In this document: positions 20,101-29,407 of the stretch, piece after piece
Position numbering within the stretch: position 1 is the stretch's first letter
How the letters are laid out: each line of letters begins with the position of its first letter
NCBI GenBank assembly: GCA_963836075.1
Contig: CAWIIB010000009.1
Location: forward strand, 1,568,001-1,632,000
Length of the DNA stretch: 64,000 nucleotides
Source of the DNA: an uncultured Acidobacteriota bacterium
GTDB lineage: Bacteria > Acidobacteriota > JAQAZP01
Direction of reading: 5' to 3'
Translations under genes and position numbers: made by a program
Notes under the pieces: generated by a model
Seen by the model: the letters and a program-made list of their open reading frames with translations, nothing else
Told to the model about the DNA's origin: nothing
Database searches by the model: none

Positions 20101-21654
20101 TTACCGGGAGCCGGCCGGCCGCCGCTGCCGGGCAGCGGGATTGATGTGCAGGGAGACAGTGATCGCCTCGTTGACCGCGGAAAAGGTCCGCTGACCGCCG
20201 GCCGGCCGCATGGTCCTGCCCATGGCGGCGCCGTAGCTGGGCAGCGGGCCGAAGGTCGCCCCGCGGTATTCCACCAGCCAGACCCGGCGGTGGCGGAGGA
20301 GTTCGCCCCGCAGCTCGTCGAAACGGCTGGGGTAGACGATGATCTTGGGCAGTGCCGGTCCGGGTTCGTAGCGTTCGAATGATGGTGAGGCAAAGGCGGG
20401 GTTGAAGAGCACGGCGTCACCGGGACGGGCCGAGGCGGCGATGGCGGCAGTGCAGTCGCGCACCGCGGTCTTGCGATAGCCGGGATCGTAGTAGAGCCGC
20501 AGCGAGAAGATGTTCAGGACGAGGAAGCCTATGGCCAGCATGATGGCGGCCCATCGCGGCCGGAGCACGGTGAGCAGGCGGGCCAGCAGGATGAAGAAGA
20601 CCGGGCTGAGATAGGCCAGGTGCCGCGGCTGGAACAGTTCGGGCTTGAAGGGCGAGGCGAGGACCGCAACCAGCGGCAGGGCCAGCAGCAGGACAACCAG
20701 CAGCAGCTGCCGGCGGTCCCGCTTGCGGAAGATCAGCAGGGCCGCGGCCAGCTGGGCCAGCACCAGGACGGCCAGGCCCCAGTTGAGCCAGCCCGCCGAA
20801 AACTTCAGCGGGAAGACGTAGAGAGCCCGGAAGAAATCCGCCACGGCCAGCGGACCGTAGTTCACCGTCTCCCTGGCCGAGGCCATTTCACTGAAGCGGA
20901 GCAGCGATTCCCGGACCCAGAGCGCCCAGGGAAGCAGCAGCAGGCAGCCGGCAACGCCGGCCAGCGCCACCGGCCAGCGGAAGCTGCGGGAAAAGGAGCT
21001 GCCCCGGGCGTCCAGCGCTCCGTGAACCAGCAGGAAGAGCAGCTGGGCCGCCACCAGGTAGACGGCGTAGTAGTAGGTGTGCAGGGCCAGGGCCACCAGC
21101 AGTCCGTAGAGGATTGCGGCCCACAGGGCGCCTCGGTCCCGTTTTCCGAAGACCGCGCGGTGAAAGGCGAGGGTGGAGGCCAGCAGCAGGAAGGTGGCCA
21201 GGGCTGCCGGGCGTCCCTCCTGGGCGACGGCCACCTCGAAGGAACTGCAGGCGGCAAGGGCCGCCGCGGCCAGGCCGGCACTCCGGCCGAACATCCTCCA
21301 GGCCAGCAGAGCGGTGAACAGCACGCTGAGGGTCGAGGCCAGCGCCGGCAGCAGCCGCACCGCGGCGTCACCGTGGCCCGGGCGGAGGAGGGGAGCGGAG
21401 AGGAGGTGAAAGAGCGGCGGGTGCCGCTCGTGGGTCTTGATCCGCTCCATGATCTCCGCCGGGCCGGCCTGCTGGGTGCGGACCAGGGTGAAGACCTCGT
21501 CGAGCCAGAGGGCCTTTTCACCCAGGTGGTAATAACGGAGGCCGGCCCCGGCCAGAACCAGCAGGCAGAGCACCAGCGGGACGATCCAGAGCCGTCTTCC
21601 GCCGTTTTGTCCTGAATCCGGAGTCTTTTCCATGGCCTGTCTATTGTCCACCAT
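20101..21654 (-). CDS. GT-C (GT39/ArnT/PMT_2-like) membrane glycosyltransferase
   Basis: LWLDE, HPPLFH, VRLLPA, AQEGRPAAL, THYY-like HTYYY, many TM helices. Confidence 0.85.
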   Translation of the reverse strand: MVDNRQAMEKTPDSGQNGGRRLWIVPLVLCLLVLAGAGLRYYHLGEKALWLDEVFTLVRTQQAGPAEIMERIKTHERHPPLFHLLSAPLLRPGHGDAAVRLLPALASTLSVLFTALLAWRMFGRSAGLAAAALAACSSFEVAVAQEGRPAALATFLLLASTLAFHRAVFGKRDRGALWAAILYGLLVALALHTYYYAVYLVAAQLLFLLVHGALDARGSSFSRSFRWPVALAGVAGCLLLLPWALWVRESLLRFSEMASARETVNYGPLAVADFFRALYVFPLKFSAGWLNWGLAVLVLAQLAAALLIFRKRDRRQLLLVVLLLALPLVAVLASPFKPELFQPRHLAYLSPVFFILLARLLTVLRPRWAAIMLAIGFLVLNIFSLRLYYDPGYRKTAVRDCTAAIAASARPGDAVLFNPAFASPSFERYEPGPALPKIIVYPSRFDELRGELLRHRRVWLVEYRGATFGPLPSYGAAMGRTMRPAGGQRTFSAVNEAITVSLHINPAARQRRPAGSR

Positions 21655-21684
21655 GGGGATGGGACAGGCAAGGATTCGGGGGCA

Positions 21685-22041
21685 TCACCCGGTGAAAATC
21701 GGTTCCACCTCGGGGTTGATCAGCACCCAGAGGGTGTAGATCCCCAGGGCGGTGCCCAGGGGGAAACTGATCAGGTTGAGACAGCCGAGCACCAGGACCA
21801 GAACCCTGGCCCAGGGCTTCCGCTGGAGCAGGCCGATGCCGCAGATCACGCCGGGAAAGGAGATCAGGCTGAGAATTCCGGCGATCACCGTGCCCACGAT
21901 GGAGGTGGCGGCCATCGCTTCGCCGTCGCCGGAGATCAGGCCGGCCCCCACCATGAAGATAAAGAAGAAGGCCGCGGCCAGCAGGCCCAGGATCCCCAGG
22001 CCGATGTAGAACGCCCCCAGCAGTTTGACATGTGTTTCCAT
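21685..22041 (-). CDS. Small membrane protein of unknown function
   Basis: AGGAGG RBS, METHVKLLG start, three to four TM helices, FPLGTALGIYTLWVL. Confidence 0.75.
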   Translation of the reverse strand: METHVKLLGAFYIGLGILGLLAAAFFFIFMVGAGLISGDGEAMAATSIVGTVIAGILSLISFPGVICGIGLLQRKPWARVLVLVLGCLNLISFPLGTALGIYTLWVLINPEVEPIFTG

Positions 22042-22139
22042 GTTGGTCCTCCTTTTCCCGCGGCCGCCGCCCGGCCGGTCATTTTCGGTTTCTTCTTCAG
22101 TATACGGCCAATTCAGCGTCAAAGATCCCGCAGGCGGTC

Positions 22140-22880
22140 TCAGAGCAGGTCGGCCAGCGAGTCGACCCGGCTGCTGAGCAGCAGGGGTCCGGCCCCCGGC
22201 GGGTGGTTCACCGCCACGGCCAGGGTGTGGTGCGGGCCGGGCCGGAAGCGGAAAAAGCTCCAGCGGTTAGCCAGGTCGCCCAGGGGCGGTGAGAAGAGGA
22301 TCGCGCCCTGGTCATCCTCCGGGAGGGTGAAGCCGAAGGAGCGGAGGGGCAGGGAGACCCCGATCCCCCGGCCCTTGACGTACGATTCCTTGAGGGTCCA
22401 GATGTCGAAGAATGCCCGCTGCCTCGCCTCCCCGGAGATCCCCTCCAGCTGGGCCCGTTCCACCGGCGAAAAGAAGCGATGGGCCAGCCCGGGGTCGGTC
22501 TTGCGGTCGAGGTGCTCGGCGTCCAGGCCCACTTCGAATGTTGGTGATACAACGCAAGCGGCCAGCCCGGCGGTGTGGGTCAGGTTGAAACGGAACGGGG
22601 GATTGCCGTTGTCCGGAACCAGGTGCGGCTTCCCGTAGCGGTTGGTGTGGAAGGACCACTCCCGGGGAGTCACGCTGCCGTACTGCGAGAGGGTGGCCCG
22701 CAGCAGGGTGTGGGCCGCCAGGTAGAGCCGGCGGTCCCGGTCATAACGGAACCGGCCGTACCGCGACCGCTCGTCCGGCGAGAGGGTCTCCAGGCAGCGG
22801 GCGTCGAGACTCCGGTCTTCGGTCTGCTCCACGGCCAGCCAGCGGAGGTGGACCGGGTCCGGTTGAGGCCTGTTTTCCAT
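22140..22880 (-). CDS. Sfp-type 4'-phosphopantetheinyl transferase
   Basis: YGKP, FNLTHT, VGLDAE, WTLKESYVKG motifs. Confidence 0.92.
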   Translation of the reverse strand: MENRPQPDPVHLRWLAVEQTEDRSLDARCLETLSPDERSRYGRFRYDRDRRLYLAAHTLLRATLSQYGSVTPREWSFHTNRYGKPHLVPDNGNPPFRFNLTHTAGLAACVVSPTFEVGLDAEHLDRKTDPGLAHRFFSPVERAQLEGISGEARQRAFFDIWTLKESYVKGRGIGVSLPLRSFGFTLPEDDQGAILFSPPLGDLANRWSFFRFRPGPHHTLAVAVNHPPGAGPLLLSSRVDSLADLL

Positions 22881-22971
22881 CAGCACACCATCGGTTTCTG
22901 GTACGATCCATCATACACCTGCCATTTTAACGATATACTTGGCATTAGACGAGAGCACTGGCATTTCCTGC

Positions 22972-22997
22972 TGAACGGAAGAGACCTCCGATTGTTA
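22972..22997 (+). promoter_or_regulatory. Possible ECF-type promoter of the sigma operon
   Basis: GAAC-N17-GTTA about 60 nt upstream of the ECF gene. Weak evidence. Confidence 0.3.
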
Positions 22998-23055
22998 TAC
23001 ATGGTGACAGTGGTTCGCGAACAGTTCTCAAAACGGAAACGAATCGGATGATGCC

Positions 23056-23592
23056 ATGAACCAGCAATCACGGAACACGAAAGCGGAGTGGATACAACAG
23101 GCGCTGGACCGCTACGAAGGCCCGCTGCTCAGGTATGCGGCCCGGATCACCGGAAGCGCCGAGACGGCCCGCGACGTGGTGCAGGAGACCTTCCTGCGCC
23201 TCTGCGCAGCCAAGCGGGACAAGGTGGACGACCACCTGGCCGCCTGGTTGTACACGGTGGCCCGCAACCACGCGCTCAATGTCCGGAAGAAGGAGGCTCG
23301 CATGCACGGCATACCCCAGGATCGGGCCGAGGCGCGCGCCGACAGCAGCGCCGGGCCGGGTGCGGCAGTCCTGCAGAGCGAGGCCCACGAGCGCGTGAAC
23401 AACGCGCTGCAGGGCCTCCCCGACCGACAGCAGGAAGCCTGCCGCCTCAAGTTTCAGGATGACCTGACCTACCGCGAAATCTCCCAGGTGATGGGTGTTT
23501 CGCTGGGCACGGTGAGCACCCTGATCACCTCTGCTCTCGACAGCATTCGACAGCAGCTTCGGGCCGGGGACAACCTGGCCCAGGAGGCTTGA
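23056..23592 (+). CDS. ECF sigma-70 factor
   Basis: Region 2 ARDVVQETFL...AWLYTVARN and region 4 LTYREISQVMGVSLGTV. Confidence 0.93.
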   Translation: MNQQSRNTKAEWIQQALDRYEGPLLRYAARITGSAETARDVVQETFLRLCAAKRDKVDDHLAAWLYTVARNHALNVRKKEARMHGIPQDRAEARADSSAGPGAAVLQSEAHERVNNALQGLPDRQQEACRLKFQDDLTYREISQVMGVSLGTVSTLITSALDSIRQQLRAGDNLAQEA

Positions 23593-23595
23593 ACC

Positions 23596-25897
23596 ATGAA
23601 TATCAATCTTAACAAGGAGAAACTCACCGCTTACGTGCTCGGCGAACTGGACGGGCCCGAGCTGGCCGCCGTGGAACAGGCGCTGGCCGATGACGAAAAG
23701 GCCCGGGAGCAGGTGGAAGAGATCCGCGCCGCCGCGGAGATCACCCGGGAGCTCTTTGCCGGGGCCCCGGAGTTGACGCTGAGCAGCGGTCAGCGGGAGA
23801 CCATCGCCAGCCGGGCAGCGGAGGCCGAGGAGGATGAGGGCGCCGAGGTGGTGTCGCTCCATCCGGAGCGGTCCCGCTGGTCCCACTGGCCATGCTGCGC
23901 GCCGCCGCCGTCTTCCTGATGGTCATCGGCACCGGCGCCATTGTCTTCTACCCCATGTATGAGCACGGGCGGGAGCCTGAACCGCTGTCGGCCAAGAGTC
24001 AACCCGCTATGGTGAAGGCCTTGGGGCCGCGTAGCAAGTCCCCCACTCCGCAAAAGAGCGATCGAAGGGAAGCCGGGAACATCGCCCGGCAGGACCCTGA
24101 TGCCGGTTCACCGGCTGACAATGAACAGCCTTCAGTTGCGGAAGAGATGATCGCTGAGGCGAGGAGCAGGAGCAAGGAGCAGAAGGACAAGAAGCAGGCC
24201 CCGGTCAGTGCCGGCATCCGGAAAAGCCGCAGATGGACCAGGCAACCCGGAACCGTCTCCAGGCTCTCGGCTACGTGGGCGATAACTACGCCGCTTCGGC
24301 TCCGCCGGCATCGAAGGCCGGCATGGTGGCGCATGGCGGCGCAACGGCTCCCCTGGCCGCCGGGGATGCGGAGTACGGCCGGGCCTCGGGGGCATTGGAG
24401 AAGCGGGAGATGTTCGGCTACGAGCTGGAGCAGGACGACTCTTCCATCGACGACCCGAACCTCAACCACTGGCCGGGCCACAACACCGAAGCCTACGACC
24501 GGATCGAGGACAACCCTTTCAAGGCGGTGGGCGAGAACCCGCTCTCCACCTTCTCCATCGACGTGGACACCGCGGCCTATGCCAACATGCGCCGCTTCAT
24601 CAACCAGGGCCAGCTGCCGCCGCCGGACTCGGTGCGCATCGAGGAACTGGTCAACTACTTCGACTATGACTATCAGTCGCCCGGCGACGACAGTCCGTTC
24701 TCAGCCGACGTGACCGTGGCCGGCTGCCCCTGGAACGCTGATCACCGGCTGGCCCGGGTGGGCCTCAAGGGCTGGGAGATGCCCGTCGGCCGCCGTCCGG
24801 CATCGAACCTGGTCTTCCTGCTCGACGTCTCCGGCTCGATGAACTCGCAGAACAAACTGCCGCTGCTCAAGGAGGCCATGAGCCTGCTGGTGCAGCAGCT
24901 GGGCGAGAAGGACAGCGTGGCCATCGCGGTCTATGCCGGCGCTTCGGGCCTGGTGCTGCCGCCCACTTCGGGAAACAACCGGCAGGCGATCCTCGGTGCT
25001 CTCAACAATCTGCGGGCCGGCGGTTCCACCAACGGCGGCGCCGGCATCGAGCTGGCCTACGACCTGGCCGTCCGCAACTTCATCAAGGGCGGGGTCAACC
25101 GGGTCATCCTGGCCACCGACGGCGACTTCAACGTGGGCACCACCAACCGTGGTGACCTGACCCGGATGATCGAAGACAAGGCCAAGAGCGGCGTCTTCCT
25201 CACTGTGCTGGGCTTCGGCATGGGCAACCTCAAGGATGCCACCATGGAGAACCTGGCCGACAAGGGCAACGGGAACTACGCCTACATCGACACCATCCGC
25301 GAGGCGAAGAAGGTGCTGGTGGACGAGATCGGCTCCACCATGATCACCATCGCCAAGGACGTGAAGATCCAGGTGGAGTTCAACCCGGCCGAGGTGTCGG
25401 CCTACCGGCTGATCGGTTACGAGAACCGTATCCTGGCCGCCGAGGACTTCAACGACGACACCAAGGACGCCGGTGAGATCGGCGCCGGCCACACGGTCAC
25501 CGCGCTCTACGAGCTGGTGCCCGCCGGTGTGGAGATCGAGCTGCCCAACGTGGACCCGCTGAAATATCAGCAGTCCACCACGCCCAGCCGCGAGGCGGGC
25601 AGCGGTGAACTGTTCACCATCAAACTGCGTTTCAAGAGGCCGGACGGTGAGAAGAGCAGTCTGCTCTCCTTCCCGGTGACCGACCAGGGCACGGGCTACG
25701 CCGCGGCACCGCCGGACTTCAAGTTTGCCGCCGCGGTGGCCTCCTTCGGCATGATCCTTCGCGATTCGCCGCACAAGGGGAGCGCCACCGTCGATTCGGT
25801 GATCGAACTGGCCGGAGAGGGGCTGGGACGCGACGCCAACGGTTATCGAGCCGAGTTCATCGAACTGGTGAAAAAGGCCAGGTCGCTGAAGAGATAG
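23596..25897 (+). CDS. yfbK: Anti-sigma-like N-terminus + TM + vWA (YfbK-like) protein, two frameshifts near 23883 and 24223
   Basis: [10 protein letters not shown] anti-sigma-type start and a TM helix, then [48 protein letters not shown]...[15 protein letters not shown]. Confidence 0.85.
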
Positions 25898-25917
25898 CCG
25901 ACAGGAGTTTGACAACA

Positions 25918-27984
25918 CTACGCGGGCGGATGGCCGGTCGGGCCTCCGCCCGCTGTTTTGTCTTCAGGAGTCTCCAGGTCCACCCGGTGAAGCTCACCGG
26001 CGGGGAGGGTCTCGTTGTAGATCTGGCGGCGGCCCTCATCCATGATCAGCACATTGATCCCGCCGTCCACGCGCTGAACCTCCATGTCCCAGGTGGCACC
26101 AAAAGCCCTGACCCGGCTCAGGGCCATCCAGTCCCAGCTTGCGGGCAGCCGGGGGATGCAGTGGAACGAGCTCAGCCCGGTGGGCCGGATGCCGAACAGG
26201 CCTTCGGTGATGATCCGGCAGTAGAGCCCGCTCTCCGCCGAGAGGTGGCTCTGGTTGAACTCGGGGAAGGCCTCGATCACGTAGGGCACGTGGTCCCCCA
26301 GCAGCCGCCAGCGGGAAAAGGCGGCAAGTTTCTCCAGCGCCTGTTCGGTACCGCCGCTGGCGAATACGCCGCGCAGGGCGTAGAGGGTGGCGCGGTCCCA
26401 GACCGTTTCGGTGCCCGCCTCGGTGAGCAGCCCGGCCCGGGTCCAGAGGCGGGGCGAGAAGAGCGCATTGATTGTTCCCTCGGCCCGGTCAAAGATGCCC
26501 ACGGTGAGCGGGATGCAGATCCAGCTGCGCAGGATCTCGTTGCCCGCGAAATAACGATAGGTTGAATATCCTTCCACTTCGGCGGCAAACTGGTCTTCGA
26601 TTGCCGTCCGCAGCGTGGCGGCCCGGTTCCGAAACTCGCCGGCATCGTCCTTCCCCAGTTCCTCGGCCAGCCAGGCGGCGGAGAGCAGGGCGTCATAGCA
26701 GAGGCAGGAGGTGCAGAGGTTGGCCTCGCCGGCGGGGAAGCGGCCCTCCAGTTCGTCGGTGTCCGAGGCGATGATGCCTTCGGTGGTGGTCTGCCGACGG
26801 CAATACTCCAGGCACCAGCTGATCAGCGGCCACAATTCCTCGGCCCAGGCCCGGTTCCCCGAAGCCAGGGCGAAACGGCCGGCGCCGTAGGCGATCATTG
26901 CCGCGTCGCCGCGGTCCCCGGCGCCGTTCCAGAACCCGCGGCCCTCGGCGATGATCGAGCTGGGAAGCGGTTTGTACTCCGGGTTCATATACGCGGCGAA
27001 GTGGCGAAAGGCGTTCATCGCGCTCTCGTTGCCCGCGGTATTGCCGAGAAAGGGGAAGAAGGGGTTGATGTATTCGGCCTGGTCGTTGGCCCAGATGGCG
27101 GCCAGATACTTGTTGTATCCCCCCGGCCCGTGCATCAGCCCCCCGCGGGTGGCGAAGATGCTCTCCGTCCCCCGCAGCTTGGAAAAGGCGAACAGCCGGT
27201 TGATCACTCTGTCCGGTGTCTTCAGCTCCAGATCGATCTCGATACTGCGCACGAACTGTTCCCTGGCGGCCAGTTCGGCATCCGCGTCACAGGAGAAGGG
27301 TGCATCGTCTTTTTTTCGCGCCGATCGGACGATGGCCCAGCGGATGCTCTCTCCCGGGGCCACCCGGCGGCTCGCTTCCCCCACCAGGAACTGGTCCACG
27401 ATATAGGAGCCGAACAGCCCCGCCTCGGCTGTGGTGCTGTGGGAGACCCTCCAGCCGGGGACGGTGATCTGCAGGGTCCGGGTGCCGGTGTTTTCCAGAA
27501 CCCAGTGATCGATGACTGCCGGAGAGTGCGGGCTGGGGAAGATGGTCTGCTCGGTCCACACGCCCTCCCGGTGATCGCTGGAGACGGTCATCAGGCCGTG
27601 AATCAGCACTTGCTGGACCGCACCGCCGGAGAGGGGCTGCCCATCCACCAGTGGCCGGGGATCCATCCCGTCGTTCAGTTCCCTGGACAGGCTGGCGTGG
27701 GTGTCGTCGGGCAGGGTGCGCAGCATGGGCCAGCGAACCACCCTGGTGGCCTGAAAACTGCCCCCGGCGTCCACCTCCCACTCCAGGATCAGGTCCACGC
27801 TGCGGCCGGACATGGCCATGTGGTCCTGGTGGGGCAGTGTTTCGTCCGGTTCGATATCCCAGTGAATTCTCCCTAGATGGTCGGTGTGCCAGCGGTGGGA
27901 CGATTCTGCTCCATCCGCGGAGCCGGCATGGACGGGCAGGGAGAGCAGGAGGAAGGCCAGTATTGCCGTGGTCAGCTTTCTCAT
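25918..27984 (-). CDS. Secreted six-hairpin (alpha/alpha)6 glycosidase-like protein
   Basis: Signal peptide, AAIWANDQAEY, GDRGDAAM, SDTDELEGRFP, LSAESGLY. A TATAAT lies at 28034-28029 upstream. The exact GH family is not assignable by eye. Confidence 0.75.
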   Translation of the reverse strand: MRKLTTAILAFLLLSLPVHAGSADGAESSHRWHTDHLGRIHWDIEPDETLPHQDHMAMSGRSVDLILEWEVDAGGSFQATRVVRWPMLRTLPDDTHASLSRELNDGMDPRPLVDGQPLSGGAVQQVLIHGLMTVSSDHREGVWTEQTIFPSPHSPAVIDHWVLENTGTRTLQITVPGWRVSHSTTAEAGLFGSYIVDQFLVGEASRRVAPGESIRWAIVRSARKKDDAPFSCDADAELAAREQFVRSIEIDLELKTPDRVINRLFAFSKLRGTESIFATRGGLMHGPGGYNKYLAAIWANDQAEYINPFFPFLGNTAGNESAMNAFRHFAAYMNPEYKPLPSSIIAEGRGFWNGAGDRGDAAMIAYGAGRFALASGNRAWAEELWPLISWCLEYCRRQTTTEGIIASDTDELEGRFPAGEANLCTSCLCYDALLSAAWLAEELGKDDAGEFRNRAATLRTAIEDQFAAEVEGYSTYRYFAGNEILRSWICIPLTVGIFDRAEGTINALFSPRLWTRAGLLTEAGTETVWDRATLYALRGVFASGGTEQALEKLAAFSRWRLLGDHVPYVIEAFPEFNQSHLSAESGLYCRIITEGLFGIRPTGLSSFHCIPRLPASWDWMALSRVRAFGATWDMEVQRVDGGINVLIMDEGRRQIYNETLPAGELHRVDLETPEDKTAGGGPTGHPPA
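25922..25959 (+). terminator. Intrinsic terminator after the vWA gene
   Basis: GCGGGCGGA...TCCGCCCGC stem followed by TGTTTT. It overlaps the 3' end of the convergent gene. Confidence 0.65.
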
Positions 27985-28173
27985 GGTCAACTACCTCGAT
28001 GTGGATGGTGAGCTGTTGTCACTCCCCCATTATACGGCCTCAATGGCGTATGGCAGGAATGTGCGACTAAACAGCTCCTGTCCCTCAGGTAGCTTGTCCC
28101 TTTTTGCGGTCATGCATTTTTCACACTGTATCGGGCTTCACCCGGATTGCCGGTGATCCTGCCTGTTGCGGAG

Positions 28174-28190
28174 TTGGCAAACGGATTGCA
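28174..28190 (+). promoter_or_regulatory. sigma54 -24/-12 promoter
   Basis: TTGGCAAACGGATTGCA matches TGGCAnn-N4-TTGCW with exact GG-N10-GC spacing, 57 nt before ATG 28248. Confidence 0.7.
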
Positions 28191-28247
28191 ATACCTCAGG
28201 TCCGGACGTCCAATCATTCTGCATAGCGAACCGAAAGGAGGTGCGAG

Positions 28248-28724
28248 ATGTCCGATTCAGGATTCGAGCGTATCGCGTCCGGGGCCGGCAGTCTCTTCTT
28301 CCTGGCCGCCATTGCTCTGTTCGTCACGCTGATTCTCTTGGCAACTGGAATGGTCAGGGCCCAGGAGGTTTTTTTGATTGCCGACTCCCTGGAGCCGGAC
28401 GCTCTGGAGGAGGACGCCCTGGAGCCGGATGCCCTGGGCGAAGATGCGCTGGGCCTCGAACGCGTCGATCCCGCTCTGATCCGGCAACTGGCGGCGCAGC
28501 CCAACGCGTTGCCCATTGCCCAGATCCCGCCCCGTCCGCGGCAGGCTATTACCATGTACTTCTGCTGGCGCTGCTGGTCGTGGCACCGGGGTCACCGAGG
28601 GGGGCTCGGTGACGAATATCAATGGATCAACGGGTTTATATACCCGGCGGTGCCCGGAGAGCGGGCTTCCGATCTTCCAGTCGCGCCGGTAAAAAAATTA
28701 GCAAATGAGGGGAATAAGAAGTAA
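28248..28724 (+). CDS. Secreted hypothetical protein with acidic pentapeptide repeats
   Basis: AAGGAGGT RBS, signal peptide ending VRA-Q, DALEx repeats, CWRCW motif. Confidence 0.7.
   Translation: MSDSGFERIASGAGSLFFLAAIALFVTLILLATGMVRAQEVFLIADSLEPDALEEDALEPDALGEDALGLERVDPALIRQLAAQPNALPIAQIPPRPRQAITMYFCWRCWSWHRGHRGGLGDEYQWINGFIYPAVPGERASDLPVAPVKKLANEGNKK
28383..28457 (+). repeat. Five 15-bp in-frame tandem repeats
   Basis: Encodes DSLEP DALEE DALEP DALGE DALGL. Confidence 0.8.
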
Positions 28725-28757
28725 ACTGGATCAGAGATGATCAAAGGGAGGTGCGAG

Positions 28758-29337
28758 ATGTTCAAATCACGACTGTTTCTCGTTGCGGCGGCCCTGCTTT
28801 TCATGCTGGTCCTCTGCGGGACGCAGGAGGCCCAGGCCCAGAAGATGCCCGGCGCGTTCTCCTCGGGCGAGTGGTTCGGATCGATCAATCCAAATGCTCA
28901 TACGGCGTACTATCTACCCGTACTATGACCAGTTTCGGTTTCCTTGGGATTATTTCTATCCACGCTTCGGTCCCCGTGTCCATGGCCGCCGCTACGCCGG
29001 GGGATACTGGTACCCCTGGACCTACCGCTGGGGCCGCTATGATGTTCCCAATTACACCTGGTGGAGCTTTGGTGAGGGCTTTGTCGATGAATACGGGACC
29101 GGCGGGATCTGGACGGCCAGTGATCCGCGGAAGACAACGGAACTGAAAGCCATCCAGACCGTCGAGCGGGAGATACAGACGAGGCGGGTGACCAGAGAGG
29201 CCACGCGGATCACACAGCGGCGGGGCATGGGATCGTCCGGTATATCGATGGGCCGGGGGTCATCCAGCGGGTCGTCGGGCGGCGGAAGTTCAATCGGGTC
29301 GTCGGGCGGTGGCGGCGGCCGCAGCGGCAAGAAGTAG
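28758..29337 (+). CDS. Secreted Tyr/Trp-rich hypothetical protein with a Gly/Ser tail, one frameshift near 28914
   Basis: GGAGGT RBS and signal peptide ending AQA-Q. Removing one base in TATCTAC joins it to YPYYDQFRFPWDYFYP...SSGGGGGRSGKK. Confidence 0.65.
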
Positions 29338-29347
29338 TCCAGACGCG

Positions 29348-29396
29348 AAAAACGGCGCGGGAGTAGGGCCAATACGGCCTCCACCCGCGCCTTGTT
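29348..29396. terminator. Probable bidirectional terminator
   Basis: GGCGCGGG...CCCGCGCC stem with an A tract on the left and TTGTT on the right, between convergent genes. Confidence 0.65.
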
Positions 29397-29407
29397 GTGT
29401 ACCCCAT

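Noticed and set aside
28383-28457. CRISPR-like array
   Set aside because: These are in-frame 15-bp coding repeats with no spacers, and no cas genes are present.
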